Assembly: GCF_006345805.1 (NCBI RefSeq)
Contig: NW_021834829.1
Coordinates: 1 to 46,031 of the forward strand
Reading direction: 5' to 3'
Length of the DNA: 46,031 bases
DNA from: Octopus sinensis
Taxonomy: Eukaryota
The position numbers and the translations under genes are program-made. Positions within the stretch are counted from its first letter, which is position 1. Each line of letters begins with the position of its first letter. The notes under the pieces were generated by a model. It ran no database searches. It was not told the DNA's origin and was given only the letters and a program-made list of their open reading frames with translations. Positions 10,898-23,232 of the stretch are shown here, piece after piece.

Positions 10898-11092
10898 ATC
10901 ATCATCATCATCATCATCGTTTAGCGTCCGCTTTCCATGCTAGCATGGGTTGGACGGGTCAACTGGGGTCTGTGAAGCTGGAAGGCTTCGTCAGGCCCAG
11001 TCAGATCTGGCAGTGTTTTACGGCTGGATGCCCTTCCTAACGCCAACCACTCCGCGAGTGTAGTGGGTGTTTTTTACGTGCATACACCATCT
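10898..11092 (-). mobile_element. Family C element, 3' end with (ATG)n tail
   Basis: catcatcgtttagcgtccgctttccatgctagcatgggttggacgg. Confidence 0.85.
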
Positions 11093-11137
11093 GTCTTTGT
11101 CTTTTGTTTTTTTTTCCGTAAACTTTCCCCATATGTG

Positions 11138-11185
<48 letters not shown>

Positions 11186-11417
11186 TATTTCTTTACTACC
11201 CACAAGGGGCTAAACACAGAGGGGGACAAACAAGGACAGACAAATGGATTAAGTCAATTGCATCGATCCCACTGCGTAACTGGTATTAAATTTATCGACC
11301 CCGAAAGGATGAAAGGCAAAGTCGACCTCGGCGGAATTTGAACCCAGAACGTAACAGCAGACAAAACACGGCTACGCATTTCGCCCGGCGTGCTAACGTT
11401 TCTGCCAGCTCACCGCC
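11186..11417 (-). mobile_element. tRNA-derived SINE (family M, Meta-domain-like), full length
   Basis: Minus strand reads GAGCTGGCAGAAACGTTAGC...GGGTTCAAATTCC...GCCTTTCATCCTTTCGGGGTCGATAAA. The Meta assignment is from recall. Confidence 0.9.
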
Positions 11418-12167
11418 TATACATATACACACACACATATATATATATATATATACATACACACACATACATACACACATACATACATACATACACACAC
11501 ATATACTCACACACACATACATACACACATATCCATGCACACACACAAAATGTATACACACACACACACACACAACCCCCCCCCCATCCACAGTGCTGTG
11601 ACACAGTTCTAGCTAATAACTCCATTATCACTTGTTCAATGAATGTCTTGTGTGTTGTTATTTAAAAGTCAGTCCTTCAGCAAGAAAAGACAGCTCTTTG
11701 TTGGCATTGAACTGGATCCATTATTGAAATATTCCCGTTTCAGAAACAGTTTCGCTCTTCATAAATGTCACCAGATGAGGAAGATACTTTCAAACATAGG
11801 ATTACGTGTTTGTACATCCTCTATCTGTACACGTGTGTGTGTGTGTGTGTTTGAAAGAGAAAGATATATATATATATATGTATGTGTATATATATATATA
11901 CATATGTATATGTGTGTGTGTGTGTGTTGTGTGTGTATATATGTGTGTGTATGTATATATATGTGTATGTATGTATATATATATATGTGTGTGTATGTAT
12001 ATATATATATGTGGTGTGTGTGTGTGTATACAAGTTAATATATATGTAGATGTGTGTATACATGTTTGAGTTTGGGGTGATGTGTTTGAAGGAGGGAGAG
12101 ATATAAATAACTTCACACACACATGTGTCCGTGAAAGGAAGAGAGGAGTCACACATACACACATATG

Positions 12168-12216
<49 letters not shown>

Positions 12217-12534
12217 GTGAGTGCATGTGTGTGTATAAGGGACTGTACTTGTATATGCCTCTGTGTGTGTGTGTGGTGTGCATGTGTGGTGTGTGTGTTA
12301 TGTTTGACAGAGAGAGAGATAGACAGATAAGTAAGTTGATATTCATATACACATATTTATACGTGTGTGTGTGTCAGAGGGGGAGAGAGAGTGTACGTGT
12401 ATATACACAATCTTACTCCACACACAGAGACAGAGAGCGACAGGATATTCTTTTTTATAAATAAGTCTGTATTTCATATTTATAAATGGAGGGAGTTGTT
12501 AAAAAAAGATCACAACTAAAACTGTAACAGCATA

Positions 12535-13025
12535 TGAGAGAGGGAGAGAGAGAGAGATTGAGGGGGAGGGCTAAGAGTGAGAGGCTGCAAGATAGAGGAG
12601 AGGGTGAGAGAGAAGTTGTGAGTAAGAGAGAGAGGAGAGGCCGAGAAAGAAAGAGAGATAGGCACAGAGAGAGAGAGAGAGAGAGAGATAGGTTGGAAGC
12701 AAGGAGGGGGGTCGAGAGAGAGTGGGGGAAAGGCCGTGAGAGAGGAGAGGTCAAGAGAGAGGAGCTGGGAAGAAAGCAAGGAAGGAAGGAAGAAAGAAAG
12801 GAAGAAAGAAAGACGGAGAGGAAGAAAGGAAGAAAAACGGGGAAGAAGAAAGGGAAGAAAGAAAGAAAGAAGGAAAGAAAAAAGAAAGAAAGAAGAGAGA
12901 TGGGGAGGAGGAAAGAGAAGAAAGAAAGAAAGAAAGACAGGGAGAAGGAAAGGGAAGGGGAGGGAAGAAAGAAAGAACAAAAAGAAAACAAAAAGAAAGA
13001 AAGCTGAATGGGGAGAGAGAGATGC
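12535..13025. repeat. ~490-bp polypurine (GA/GAAA) tract
   Basis: Nearly all purines on the plus strand. Confidence 0.9.
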
Positions 13026-13681
13026 AGAGAAAGTGCATCCAGGAAAATTATCAATGAATAAAACAGAACATAAAAATATCAATAACCTCTGAAACTCCTA
13101 ATTCCATTTGTGATAATTAGAAGACTTGGAAGACCAAAGAACTTGGTAACAAGGAAGCAGCAACAACATGGGAACTCTATGCGTCTTATTCATTGTAATT
13201 CCTTAATTTCAAATTCACCCAACTAATCCCACCAAATATTATGAAGAAAGGATTATCTCCCTTGTATACTTGTAATTATTGTCTGCTAAGGGACACCAAA
13301 TATTTAAAAAACAGTTTCCATGTTAAAGTAAACGGTAACCTTCCATTCCATTCCACCCTAACCCACTGCTGACACCCACACTCAACTGTGGTGCATTTAC
13401 AGATACATACATACATACATACATACATACATACATACATACCATCTATATATACATAAAAAATATTAGGGAATAAATCCAAACTTACAGGGGAGAAAAT
13501 CAGATTTAGGATTGAATCCAATTTTATAGTAAAATATTATATATATTAAATTAGAGATAAAACCACTATTAGGCAAATCAAACAATGAAAAACTTAAGCC
13601 AATACATAAAATTAATTAATTTATATTATTTTAAATATATATCAAATATTAAAAGTTTAATAAAAGATAATGGTAAAACAC

Positions 13682-13744
13682 TACGATCGTTTCATAGCTG
13701 TCCAATTCATAATAATTCGAGTTATGGTTACAGTCAATCTTCAG
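13682..13744 (-). ncRNA. Mirror hammerhead-like motif with palindromic GAAAC-GATC-GTA; lacks its stem I 5' strand
   Basis: Minus strand CTGAAGA...CAGCTAT-GAAAC-GATC-GTA. The inversion junction lies immediately 5' of CTGA. Confidence 0.45.
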
Positions 13745-13769
13745 AAACCTCGCTAAGATAAATATTTCA

Positions 13770-13842
13770 ATTACCTGAAGATTGACTGTAACCATAACTC
13801 GAATTATTATAAATTGGACAGCCATGAAACGATTGTAGTGTT
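13770..13842 (+). ncRNA. Minimal type I hammerhead ribozyme-like motif
   Basis: CTGAAGA 13775-13781, imperfect long helix II, GAAAC 13826-13830, GATT, GTA 13835-13837; weak stem I ATTAC/GTGTT. Confidence 0.5.
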
Positions 13843-14000
13843 ATACTCATTATCTTTTATTAAACTTTTAATACATTTGATATATATTTAAAATAATATA
13901 AATTAATTAATTTTATGTATTGGCTTAAGTTTTTCATTGTTTGATTTGTCTAATAGTGGTTTTATCTCTAATTTAATATAATATATATATATATATATAT

Positions 14001-14215
14001 AGTAAATCCAAAAACGAAGAACAAACACAAAAAACAACAACACGAGGATGCGGTACATATAAAGTATTAGCAGACGCTCAGGGAAGGAAAGAAAGCTGGT
14101 TTAATGTTTCGAGCAGATGCTCTTCTTTGGAAACAGAAGAAAGTCCAATAGAAGGAAAGATGGAGGAAGAAAATCGCCAACGATTCACATGTAGTTACAT
14201 TTTGAAAATCCTATA
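14001..14215 (-). mobile_element. Penelope-like pLTR remnant with decayed hammerhead motif
   Basis: Minus strand CCAAAGA-A-GAGC-ATCT-GCTC-GAAAC-ATT at 14130-14103, then ccctgagcgtctgctaatac. Confidence 0.55.
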
Positions 14216-14247
14216 CACACACACACATACACACACACATACACACA

Positions 14248-14464
14248 CAGGGGGTGCTGAAAAATTCCCAGCTTTAGGTAAAGAAAAATGCAGGAGGATC
14301 CGTTAATTATGATTTTATTCAATATATTCCTCCTCTCAGATTCATGTGCTTATTGCGATGGTCCTTCAGTTTCTCTAAGCCCAGTAAAAGAACTTGGAAG
14401 ATTTGGGTACCAACCAGGCCTTTTGCAATACCCTTAAAGCTAGGAACTTTTCAGCATCCCCTTG
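14248..14464. mobile_element. Tc1/mariner-type MITE
   Basis: TIRs CAGGGGGTGCTGAAAAATTCC / GGAACTTTTCAGCATCCCCTTG, followed by TA. Confidence 0.8.
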
Positions 14465-14497
14465 TACATATACATATATATAATATATATATATATA

Positions 14498-14601
14498 CAG
14501 GGAGGATGGTGCTGAAAAATTCTCAGCTTCAGGTAAAGGAAAGTACAGGAGCATCAGTTGTGATTTTATTTAAAACCAGGAACTTTTCAGCAAACCCCTC
14601 A
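14498..14601. mobile_element. Internally deleted copy of the same MITE
   Basis: TA|CAGGG...GTGCTGAAAAATTCTC ... GGAACTTTTCAGCAAACCCCTCA|TA. Confidence 0.75.
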
Positions 14602-15124
14602 TAAGCGTGTGTGTGTGTGTGTGCATGTATGTCTGTAGGAAAAGTGTAAAAATGTATGAAGCTCTCTCTCTCTCTCTTTCTTTCAACAGACACACATACA
14701 CGTATATATGCATGCATACCTGTATGCATATATACATGCATATGTGCATGTACGCACGCACATGTAGAACAGACCATGACCGACCACAAAGATCTTTCAC
14801 CGGGGTCACTGCTGCTGCCCTTTACTCCATTAAAACTAAACCATTAAAACAAAATTGAAAGCCAAAAAAAAACCAAAAAAAAACCCATAGACAGAACTAA
14901 TGATCTGTGTGTGGTGGTGGGGGTGGTGGCAAGAAGTTCCAAACAGAAGTGGATGCCGAGGGGTGGGGGCCATTTATGGTTATTGCAGCTGGCACCGCAC
15001 ATCAAGTTATTCTAGTTTCAGGTTCCTCATCATTAGTCTGAATACAACGGAGTTTATTGTCTGACCTACAGAAGCACGGAGAGGAAGGACGTAAAAACAA
15101 TAACAGATGAAGTACCATCATTAC

Positions 15125-15720
15125 CAGTGGTGATGATGATGATGATGATGATGATGGTGGTAGTGGCAATGATGGTGATGGTGGTGGTTGTGGTGATGAT
15201 GATGATGGTGGTAGTGGTTGTGGTGAAGGTGATGATGGAGGTGGTGGAAGTAGTTGCGGAGGTGAAGGTGATGGTGATGGTGATGAGGGTAGTGGTGTAT
15301 GTGGTGGTGGTGGTGGTGGTGGTGGTATGGTGATGGTAATGACGGAGGTGTGATGATGATGATGATGGTGGTGATGGTGATGGTGGTAGTGGTGGTGGAA
15401 GTAGTTGCAGCAGTGAAGGTATGGTGATACAGGCAGTGGTATATGTGGTGGTGGTGGTATTGTGATGGTAATGACGGTGGTATAATATTGATGATGGTGA
15501 TGATGGTGATGATGATGGTGGTGGAATTAGTTGTGGTAGTGAAGGTATGGTGATAGTGATGAGGGCAATGGTATATGTGGCAGTGGTGGTGGTATTGTGA
15601 TGGTAATGATGGTAGTATGATGTTGATAATGGTGATGATGATAGCTGTGGTGGTGGCCATGACTATGCTGAATGTGATGATGGGGGTGGTTGTGGCAATG
15701 ATTACGATGAAGATATTGAT
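15125..15720. repeat. Degenerate (GAT/GGT)n trinucleotide tract
   Basis: Triplet periodicity; source of the His/Thr-rich pseudo-ORFs. Confidence 0.9.
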
Positions 15721-15855
15721 AATAAGACTGATATACATTCATAAATAGCAAGAAATCTATATACATACACCAACATTCATGTATATACATATATATATAT
15801 AATATATATATATACATATATATATATATACATATATACATATATATATATATAC

Positions 15856-15898
<43 letters not shown>

Positions 15899-16414
15899 CA
15901 TATATATATACATGCATATATATTCTCGTAACAGAAGTAATTTCAATATGACTGATTATGCATATATCCTTGTGTTTGAGTGTGTATGTGTATATATATA
16001 TAGATGTATGTATGTATGTATGTATATACATACACAAGTGTGCACTGGTGTGTTGAATGTTAATGGTGAGGAAACAATAAATTGGATTATAACAAATGTT
16101 GTAATAATATTAATTCGTTAGACAAAACTGAGGTTGTTTTGGTTGATTATGGATAATTTTTACAGAATTTATACAACAGTATCTATCTTTTTATGTGTGT
16201 ATATATATATATGTATATATGTATATATATATATTTATTTATACAAGTGTGTATATGTATGTGCCTATATATGTGTATTGTGTATATATTTTGTGTGCAT
16301 ATATATATATATATGCACACACACATTATATATACATACATACATACATATACACATTTGCATAAATATCTATACATACACACATGCATACACATATATA
16401 TACATGCATATATA

Positions 16415-16445
<31 letters not shown>

Positions 16446-16565
16446 ATATATATATGCATACATACACATATGTGCATGCATACATACACACACATACATA
16501 CATGTATATGGAGGGGGAGAGAACTTCATAGATGCTGACCTATACATACCAAAATATATAGATAC

Positions 16566-16597
<32 letters not shown>

Positions 16598-17219
16598 CAA
16601 ACTGACACACATGTATGCATATGTATTTATACACACATCTTGCATACACATAAGCATATACGTGTATAGAAATGTTAACATTTCCGTCAAAAGGCATTTA
16701 TTAAAATACTTTCACGCTCGTTATCACACGAATAAACTGATATTAAATCAATATTAGCAAGTCAATAAACCAATATTTAATCAATATACTGTGTCAATAT
16801 CAGAAGTCGAGGCGGAACACATCAACAAAATAATGTAATTGAAAATCTATGTTACTTTGCAGAATTGACATGAAAATTCCTGGTCAATTTGACGGGAAAC
16901 AATGGCAAAGTGAAACTAACCAGAATGGCGTGTAGCAATTATAAATATATATAAAAAAGAAAAAAAAATGGTTTTATTAGGAAACTTATTAAAAACGGAA
17001 TCAGGCCAAATCTTATGTAATGAAATTAGTCGGTTCCCAACCTGTTGTACATTCTTAAAATCAAACAGGCGTATCGTATGGAGCTTGCTTGCCAAAACAC
17101 ATAGCTCTCAGTCTGGGTTCATTCCTGCTGTGTAGTCCCTTTGACAAGTGACATCTGGTATGGCGCCAAGCTGACCAAAGCCTTGTGAGAGGATGTAGTG
17201 GACAGAAAGTGAAAGAAGC

Positions 17220-17250
<31 letters not shown>

Positions 17251-17255
<5 letters not shown>

Positions 17256-17441
17256 CAATCTAAATATACAACCAAAAGATTGCTTTAAAATACATGGCGT
17301 ATTTTATAGTTACGCCTGTTCAAATATCATAAAAGTATGAAACTATTGGTAGCTCTTTCGGTTGTGTATTTAATTTGATATTTATCTCTCACTAAATGAA
17401 GAGCTTTTTTTTGCTGATTCTAACTCTATTGAATCTTTAAA

Positions 17442-17491
<50 letters not shown>

Positions 17492-17570
17492 CATATTTAA
17501 TAAGTAACAATGATGTACAGTGTCAATTCTTTACAGCTGTTTCAAGCAGCCATTTATATACATATATATA

Positions 17571-17621
<51 letters not shown>

Positions 17622-17805
17622 CAATCTAAATATACAACCAAAGATGCTTTAAAATACATGGCGTATTTTATAGTTACGCCTGTTCAAATATCATAAAAGT
17701 ATGAAACTATTGGTAGCTCTTTCGGTTGTGTATTTAATTTGATATTTATCTCTCACTAAATGAAGAGCTTTTTTTTGCTGATTCTAACTCTATTGAATCT
17801 TTAAA

Positions 17806-17867
<62 letters not shown>

Positions 17868-17936
17868 TTAATAAGTAACAATGATGTACAGTGTCAATTC
17901 TTTACAGCTGTTTCAAGCAGCCATTTATATACATAT

Positions 17937-17940
<4 letters not shown>
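17251..17940. repeat. Tandem duplication, 366-bp period, bounded by (TA)n
   Basis: aaaaacaatctaaatataca at 17251 and 17617. Confidence 0.95.
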
Positions 17941-17968
<28 letters not shown>

Positions 17969-17981
17969 CATACATATACAT

Positions 17982-18890
17982 ATGGGTTCCAATGGAAAGC
18001 GTGTCAAGAAAGAAGATACCATCACTCCAAAGCTCTTTACGACATGTCTAGAAATAGTCATCAGAGAAATTAACTGGACAGGTGATGTGAACATGAACGG
18101 CAAGCAACAAACACACCAGCAATTCATTGATGACATCGTACTCATCACTGAAACCACACAACAGCTGCAGACCATACTGGCCGAGCTGGGCATTTGTAGC
18201 TTAGCAGTAAGCCTTAAAATGAGCTGCATGGAAACAGAATATATGGGGTCAGAAGATGTAGCACGAAGCCAAATAGAGGTGGGAAGTGAAGAAATGGGGA
18301 ACATAAAGGAGTACTTCTCCTTAGGGCACACGGAGAACTCACACCCAGATAGGGAAGCTGAAATCTCAAAGAGAATAAGGAAAGGATGGAATGCCTTTAA
18401 CTCAATAAAGGATGCTCTTGAAATGAAGTTGGATAATACCATAGATGCCAAACTCTTCAACGGCACCATCCTTCTTGTGTTCTTGTATGCAAGTGAGATG
18501 TGGGCAACAAGGAAGAGGATAGAACATCAATTCACTGAAACACATGGAAAGACTGGTGTGAGGAATATCATGATGAGAGCATGTTTGAGATGAGATAATT
18601 GAAGAACGGAATGGAGTGAATGATGTGATCTGAGAATACTGAAAATACAAGTTCCACTGAGTTGGTCATGTCACAAGATTCACAGACAACAGGTGGACCC
18701 ATGCAGATGCCAAGAGGCATCGAAGTGATCGGAAAAGGCCCCTTGGAAGGCCTCCACGCTGATGCGAAAATGATTTTTAACTAAGTAATTTGCGTTCAAG
18801 ATGAGAAAGAATAATACAATCAAGACGGAACTGGAAATGCACTGTGGCCAGTGGGATGTAACAGCATCTGAGGGTCTGGTCAATACTATG
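17982..18890 (+). mobile_element. RTE-clade LINE fragment: C-terminal half of the reverse transcriptase and 3' end, 5'-truncated
   Basis: ORF 17982-18593 has DTITPKLFTTCLE and F(I)DDIVL (RT motifs 4 and 5) and AEISKRIRKGWNAF; GHVTRFTDNRWT follows at 18664 in another frame. Confidence 0.9.
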
Positions 18891-18897
18891 AGATATA

Positions 18898-19235
18898 AAA
18901 GGTAAAGACCCCTTTCAGTCACGAAGGATTGCACATAGGAAGTTCCCCTTTGAGGCACAAGTCTGGGCAAAGTTGTTTATGGAAGACCAACAGTCGCCCA
19001 TGCATATCCAGCTTCCCATCTCCATGCCATCAGCATTATCCAAGACAAAGGTGAAGGGGCCAATACAGTTTGGCACCAGTGACATCACAACTCATTTCTA
19101 CAGGTGAGTGAACTGGAGCAATGTGAAATAAAGTGGCTTGCTCAAGAACACGCATACACAGCCTAGTCCAGGAATCGAACTCACCACCTCATAATTGTGA
19201 GCCTGACACTTTAACCACCAAGCCATGCACCTTCA
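18898..19235 (-). mobile_element. Family R SINE
   Basis: Collinear with 425-1042 without the insert. Confidence 0.85.
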
Positions 19236-19324
19236 CAGAAGTTGCCCACAGGGGGTTACAAATATTTGAACACAGTACCTCACAAATTTCAAGTTGTGCT
19301 CTGTACCATTAAGCTAAGCAGTTT

Positions 19325-19447
19325 CAACCCTGAAAGGATGAAAGGCAAAGAAAACCTCAGTGAAATTTGAACCCTGAATATGAAGACAGACCAATTACTA
19401 GTTAGCATTTTGCCCAGCATGCTAATGATTCTGCCAGCTCACCACCT
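19325..19447 (-). mobile_element. Family M SINE, 5' part
   Basis: accctgaaaggatgaaaggcaaag...ctgccagctcaccacc. Confidence 0.75.
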
Positions 19448-19449
19448 TA

Positions 19450-19481
<32 letters not shown>

Positions 19482-20267
19482 GATAATAATAATAATGACA
19501 ATAATAAAAATAGCATCAAAAATAATATATACTGATAATAATAATAAAGTTGTTTAATCACCAGAGTTTGGTTTTTACTTGCAAAAAATATTTTTTCTAT
19601 AAATATTATTATCATTATCATAATAATCATTATCATTACTATTAATATTATCATCACCATCTTCACCATTATTATTATTATTATTATTATTATGATTCCC
19701 ATTATTAATGAAACGATATTATAACGATGGTAATATTTTAAGGGATCAGTTTGTTGAAAAGATAAAAACTAATTATTTTCCCATAAATCTTGTTTCCGAC
19801 AGCAGTTTGTCGCATTAAACCCAAATCCTCTACAATTTCTCCATAAAACATCAACCATTATCCATACAATCATCATCATCATCATCGTCGTTATCGTAAT
19901 TATTACTATTATTGTAATTATTATCATTAATGCCATCATCATCACTCTCAGAGGATGAGGAGAGGGCACGTGCCCTAGTGGTCAGGGCAACCATGGTTTT
20001 GTGAGGCTTCAGTGAGCTGCCCTTAGAAGTCTCCCTCTTTTGGAGAATTATTCATTATTGAAATTTCTATTTGCTGTTGCTCTTTTCACACAACTCCTTT
20101 ATGCAAGGAATCCCACCTGTCTCACCCTCAACCAATTCCAATGGTTGCTGAAAACCTTTAGGATTTAATAATGAAAGCATTATTATTATTATTATTATTA
20201 TAACTATTATTATTATTATTACTTTTATTATTATTATTACTGTTATTATTATTATTATCATTATTAC

Positions 20268-20479
20268 GGTGGTGTGCTAACAGAACTGTTAGCATGCTAG
20301 ATGAAATACTTAACAGTATTTTATCAGTCGCTACGTTCTGAGTTCAAATTGTGCCTAGGCCGACTTTGCCTTTTATCCTTTCAGGGCAGATCAAATAAGT
20401 ACCAGTTACATACTGGGGTTGATGTAATCGACTTAATCCCATCCCCCAAATTTGAGACCTTGTGCTTCCAGTAGAAACC

Positions 20480-20480
<1 letters not shown>
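20268..20480 (+). mobile_element. Family M SINE variant with (TTA)n tail
   Basis: Head ...gagttcaaattg, core ctttgccttttatcctttcagg, tail gtagaaaccattattatt. Confidence 0.8.
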
Positions 20481-20510
<30 letters not shown>

Positions 20511-20540
20511 TATTATTATTATTATCATTATTATTATGTC

Positions 20541-20751
20541 GGTGAGCTGGCAGAATTGTTAGCATGCTGGACAAAATGCTTAGCAGTATTTTGTCATCCA
20601 TCGCTACATTCTGAGTTCAAATTCCGCCAAGCTTGACTTTGCCTTTCATTCTTTCGGGGTTGATAAATTAAGTACCAGTTATGCACTGGTGTTGATGTAA
20701 TCGACTAGTTCTCTCCCCTAAATTTCAGGCCTTGTGCCTCTAGTAGAAAGG

Positions 20752-20752
<1 letters not shown>
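20541..20752 (+). mobile_element. Family M SINE variant with (TTA)n tail
   Basis: ggtgagctggcagaattgttagc...gcctttcattctttcggggttgataaattaagtacc. Confidence 0.85.
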
Positions 20753-20783
<31 letters not shown>

Positions 20784-20805
20784 CATTATTATTATTATCA
20801 TTATC

Positions 20806-21371
20806 GAGTGAGAGAGCAGTGCATGCCATCAAAGTGACACTGGGGTAAAATATACGAAGCCCAGTATACCCATCATAGCTACCCATCTGATAAGGACACA
20901 CCAGGCATATGCATACATCACAACCATATGTGTGTGACATGGTGATTTCAAATCAAGAGAAACAGCACCTGAGCACCTGACCTTGCAGGTGGGGCCAAGT
21001 AAGAATTTTCTTCAGGTTGAGTGGCCCATCTCACTCAAACACTCCCTGAAAAAGTTTAAGGATGATGAACAAAGCACCCATGTTTCCAGACGTGAATTAT
21101 TTAAACCCCAAAGAATTCCTCTCAACACATGGTAGCCTTGATGCTCCCGCACTACGTCTGCTCATGATCAGAGATGCACATATTGTCAGCCACCAAGGGA
21201 CATGCTCAACTGGTTAAGGCCAAACAAAAGACAAACAAATCTGTGGTATTGAGTAGAATATTTGCTGTAGCCCATCTTTTATACCAAGACAAAACAATGT
21301 ACATGATAACACTTCCAATCAGTTCAGATCAGAAGTCATGAGAACCATTACCTGGTACTGCATCAGGGCAT
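20806..21371 (-). mobile_element. Family L element, diverged copy
   Basis: Reverse complement of 7091-7642 with substitutions. Confidence 0.8.
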
Positions 21372-22251
21372 TTATCATCATCATCATCATCATTATCTTC
21401 ATCATCATTGTTATTATTATTATTATTATTATTAGTAGTAGTAGTAGTAGTAGTAGTATATGAGTTTAGTAAGCAGTATGTGTTTCTCTTTAATGTACTC
21501 AGTGTTTGAAATGTAGAAAAAGTTTCACAATACAAATTTGAAATCCTGGAAAACGGGGTTTGGAGATTAAGTTAATGTGTTTGGTTTATTTGATCAGAAA
21601 GGGACAGATTTAAACCGAAACTCTATTCCTTTATTCCTAGATTAATGGTACATAATATATACAATGAATGGAATACACAGAGGGGAAGACTTGAAACCTA
21701 ACAATACAAAAGCAGTTAATATAGTCCGTCCTTGGTTACGTATGTCTCTTTAATTAATAATACAAATAGCTTGAGGGAGAAACATGAAAATAGGGACATT
21801 TTATAAACATTATTATTGAATGCATAATTGAAATGGGAGCAAGACAATATACAGCAGTAAAGAATGATTTTATCTCTTATATTTGTATGTAATGAATATG
21901 TACAAGATATATATATATATATATATATCTGTAAATGCAATATGTGATAATTATATATATATATATATATAATATATATATAGACACATACATATATGCT
22001 TGTGTGTGTATATACATATATGTACAGGTGAATGCGCACAAAAATTAATAATAATATAGAAACACACACAAGTGAGTGTGCGTGTGTGTGTAAATATATA
22101 TATATACACATTCACAGGTAGAGATTTAATATATATATAAATATATATATACATACACACACACAAACATATATATACATACACACAACATATATATATA
22201 TATACATGCACACCAACATATATATAAATATATATATATATATACACCAGC

Positions 22252-22282
<31 letters not shown>

Positions 22283-22559
22283 AACATAAATATATATATA
22301 GACACATATATATACATACACACAAACATATATACTCACACATACACACATAGACACAAATATATATACAAACACACACACACACAAACATTATATATAC
22401 ATATGACATATCAACATATCTATATATATATACATATATATACACACACACATAAATACACACACACACACATATATATATACATACACACACATATATA
22501 TATATACACGTACGCACACACATACACACACACACATATATATATATAATATATACATG

Positions 22560-22591
<32 letters not shown>

Positions 22592-22887
22592 CACACCATA
22601 CACACACACACAAACATTATATGTATATACACATGATGTATCAACATGTCTCCTGTTTATAGGCTCAATAAAATTTTCTAAACAGAATCAATCAGGATAT
22701 TTGATCAAAGGTATTTGAGAGCGGTTAATAGTCTCTTTCTTCTAAACATTCCATAAATTATCAAAAAGGAGAAGAAAAGAAAAAACAACAAGAGAGAGAG
22801 AGAGAGAGAGAACGTACTGAAACTTTATAACAAAAGTGCAATAAAAGAGCTACTTTTATTATTTTATTGCCAGTAATATTACATTTA

Positions 22888-22934
<47 letters not shown>

Positions 22935-23147
22935 AACATTTTTATTAATATTAAGTAAAAGCATAAACCTCAAAGTCCTTGAGTCACTCTGTTGCTTCCT
23001 CTAAATATTAAATATATATATATGTATTTAATATATATATGTATAAATAAATAATATATATATATACACACACACATATATACGTATTTATTTATTAATA
23101 TATATATATTTATTTATAATAAATAATATACATTAATAAATATGTAC

Positions 23148-23225
<78 letters not shown>

Positions 23226-23232
23226 TGTATAG

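Larger units (their letters stand above)
13455..13980. mobile_element. Penelope-like pLTR in inverted (palindromic) arrangement; ~203-bp arms, 30-bp spacer
   Basis: 13542-13744 is the reverse complement of 13775-13980 with few mismatches; each arm carries a hammerhead-like core. Confidence 0.75.

Noticed and set aside
12455-13092. Long Lys/Arg/Glu-rich and Phe/Leu/Ser-rich ORFs
   Set aside because: Products of the polypurine tract, which cannot form stop codons.
15121-15738. 205-aa His/Thr/Ile-rich ORF
   Set aside because: Same cause: a (GAT/GGT)n tract open in several frames on both strands.
17316-17352. CTGTTCA...GTAT-GAAAC-TATTG-GTA hammerhead-like string
   Set aside because: Two core mismatches and no convincing stem I; too weak to call.
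22663-22710. 48-nt plus-strand exon-like segment (xSIKFSKQNQSGYLIK)
   Set aside because: Short acceptor tract, moderate donor, and no compatible neighbouring exons.
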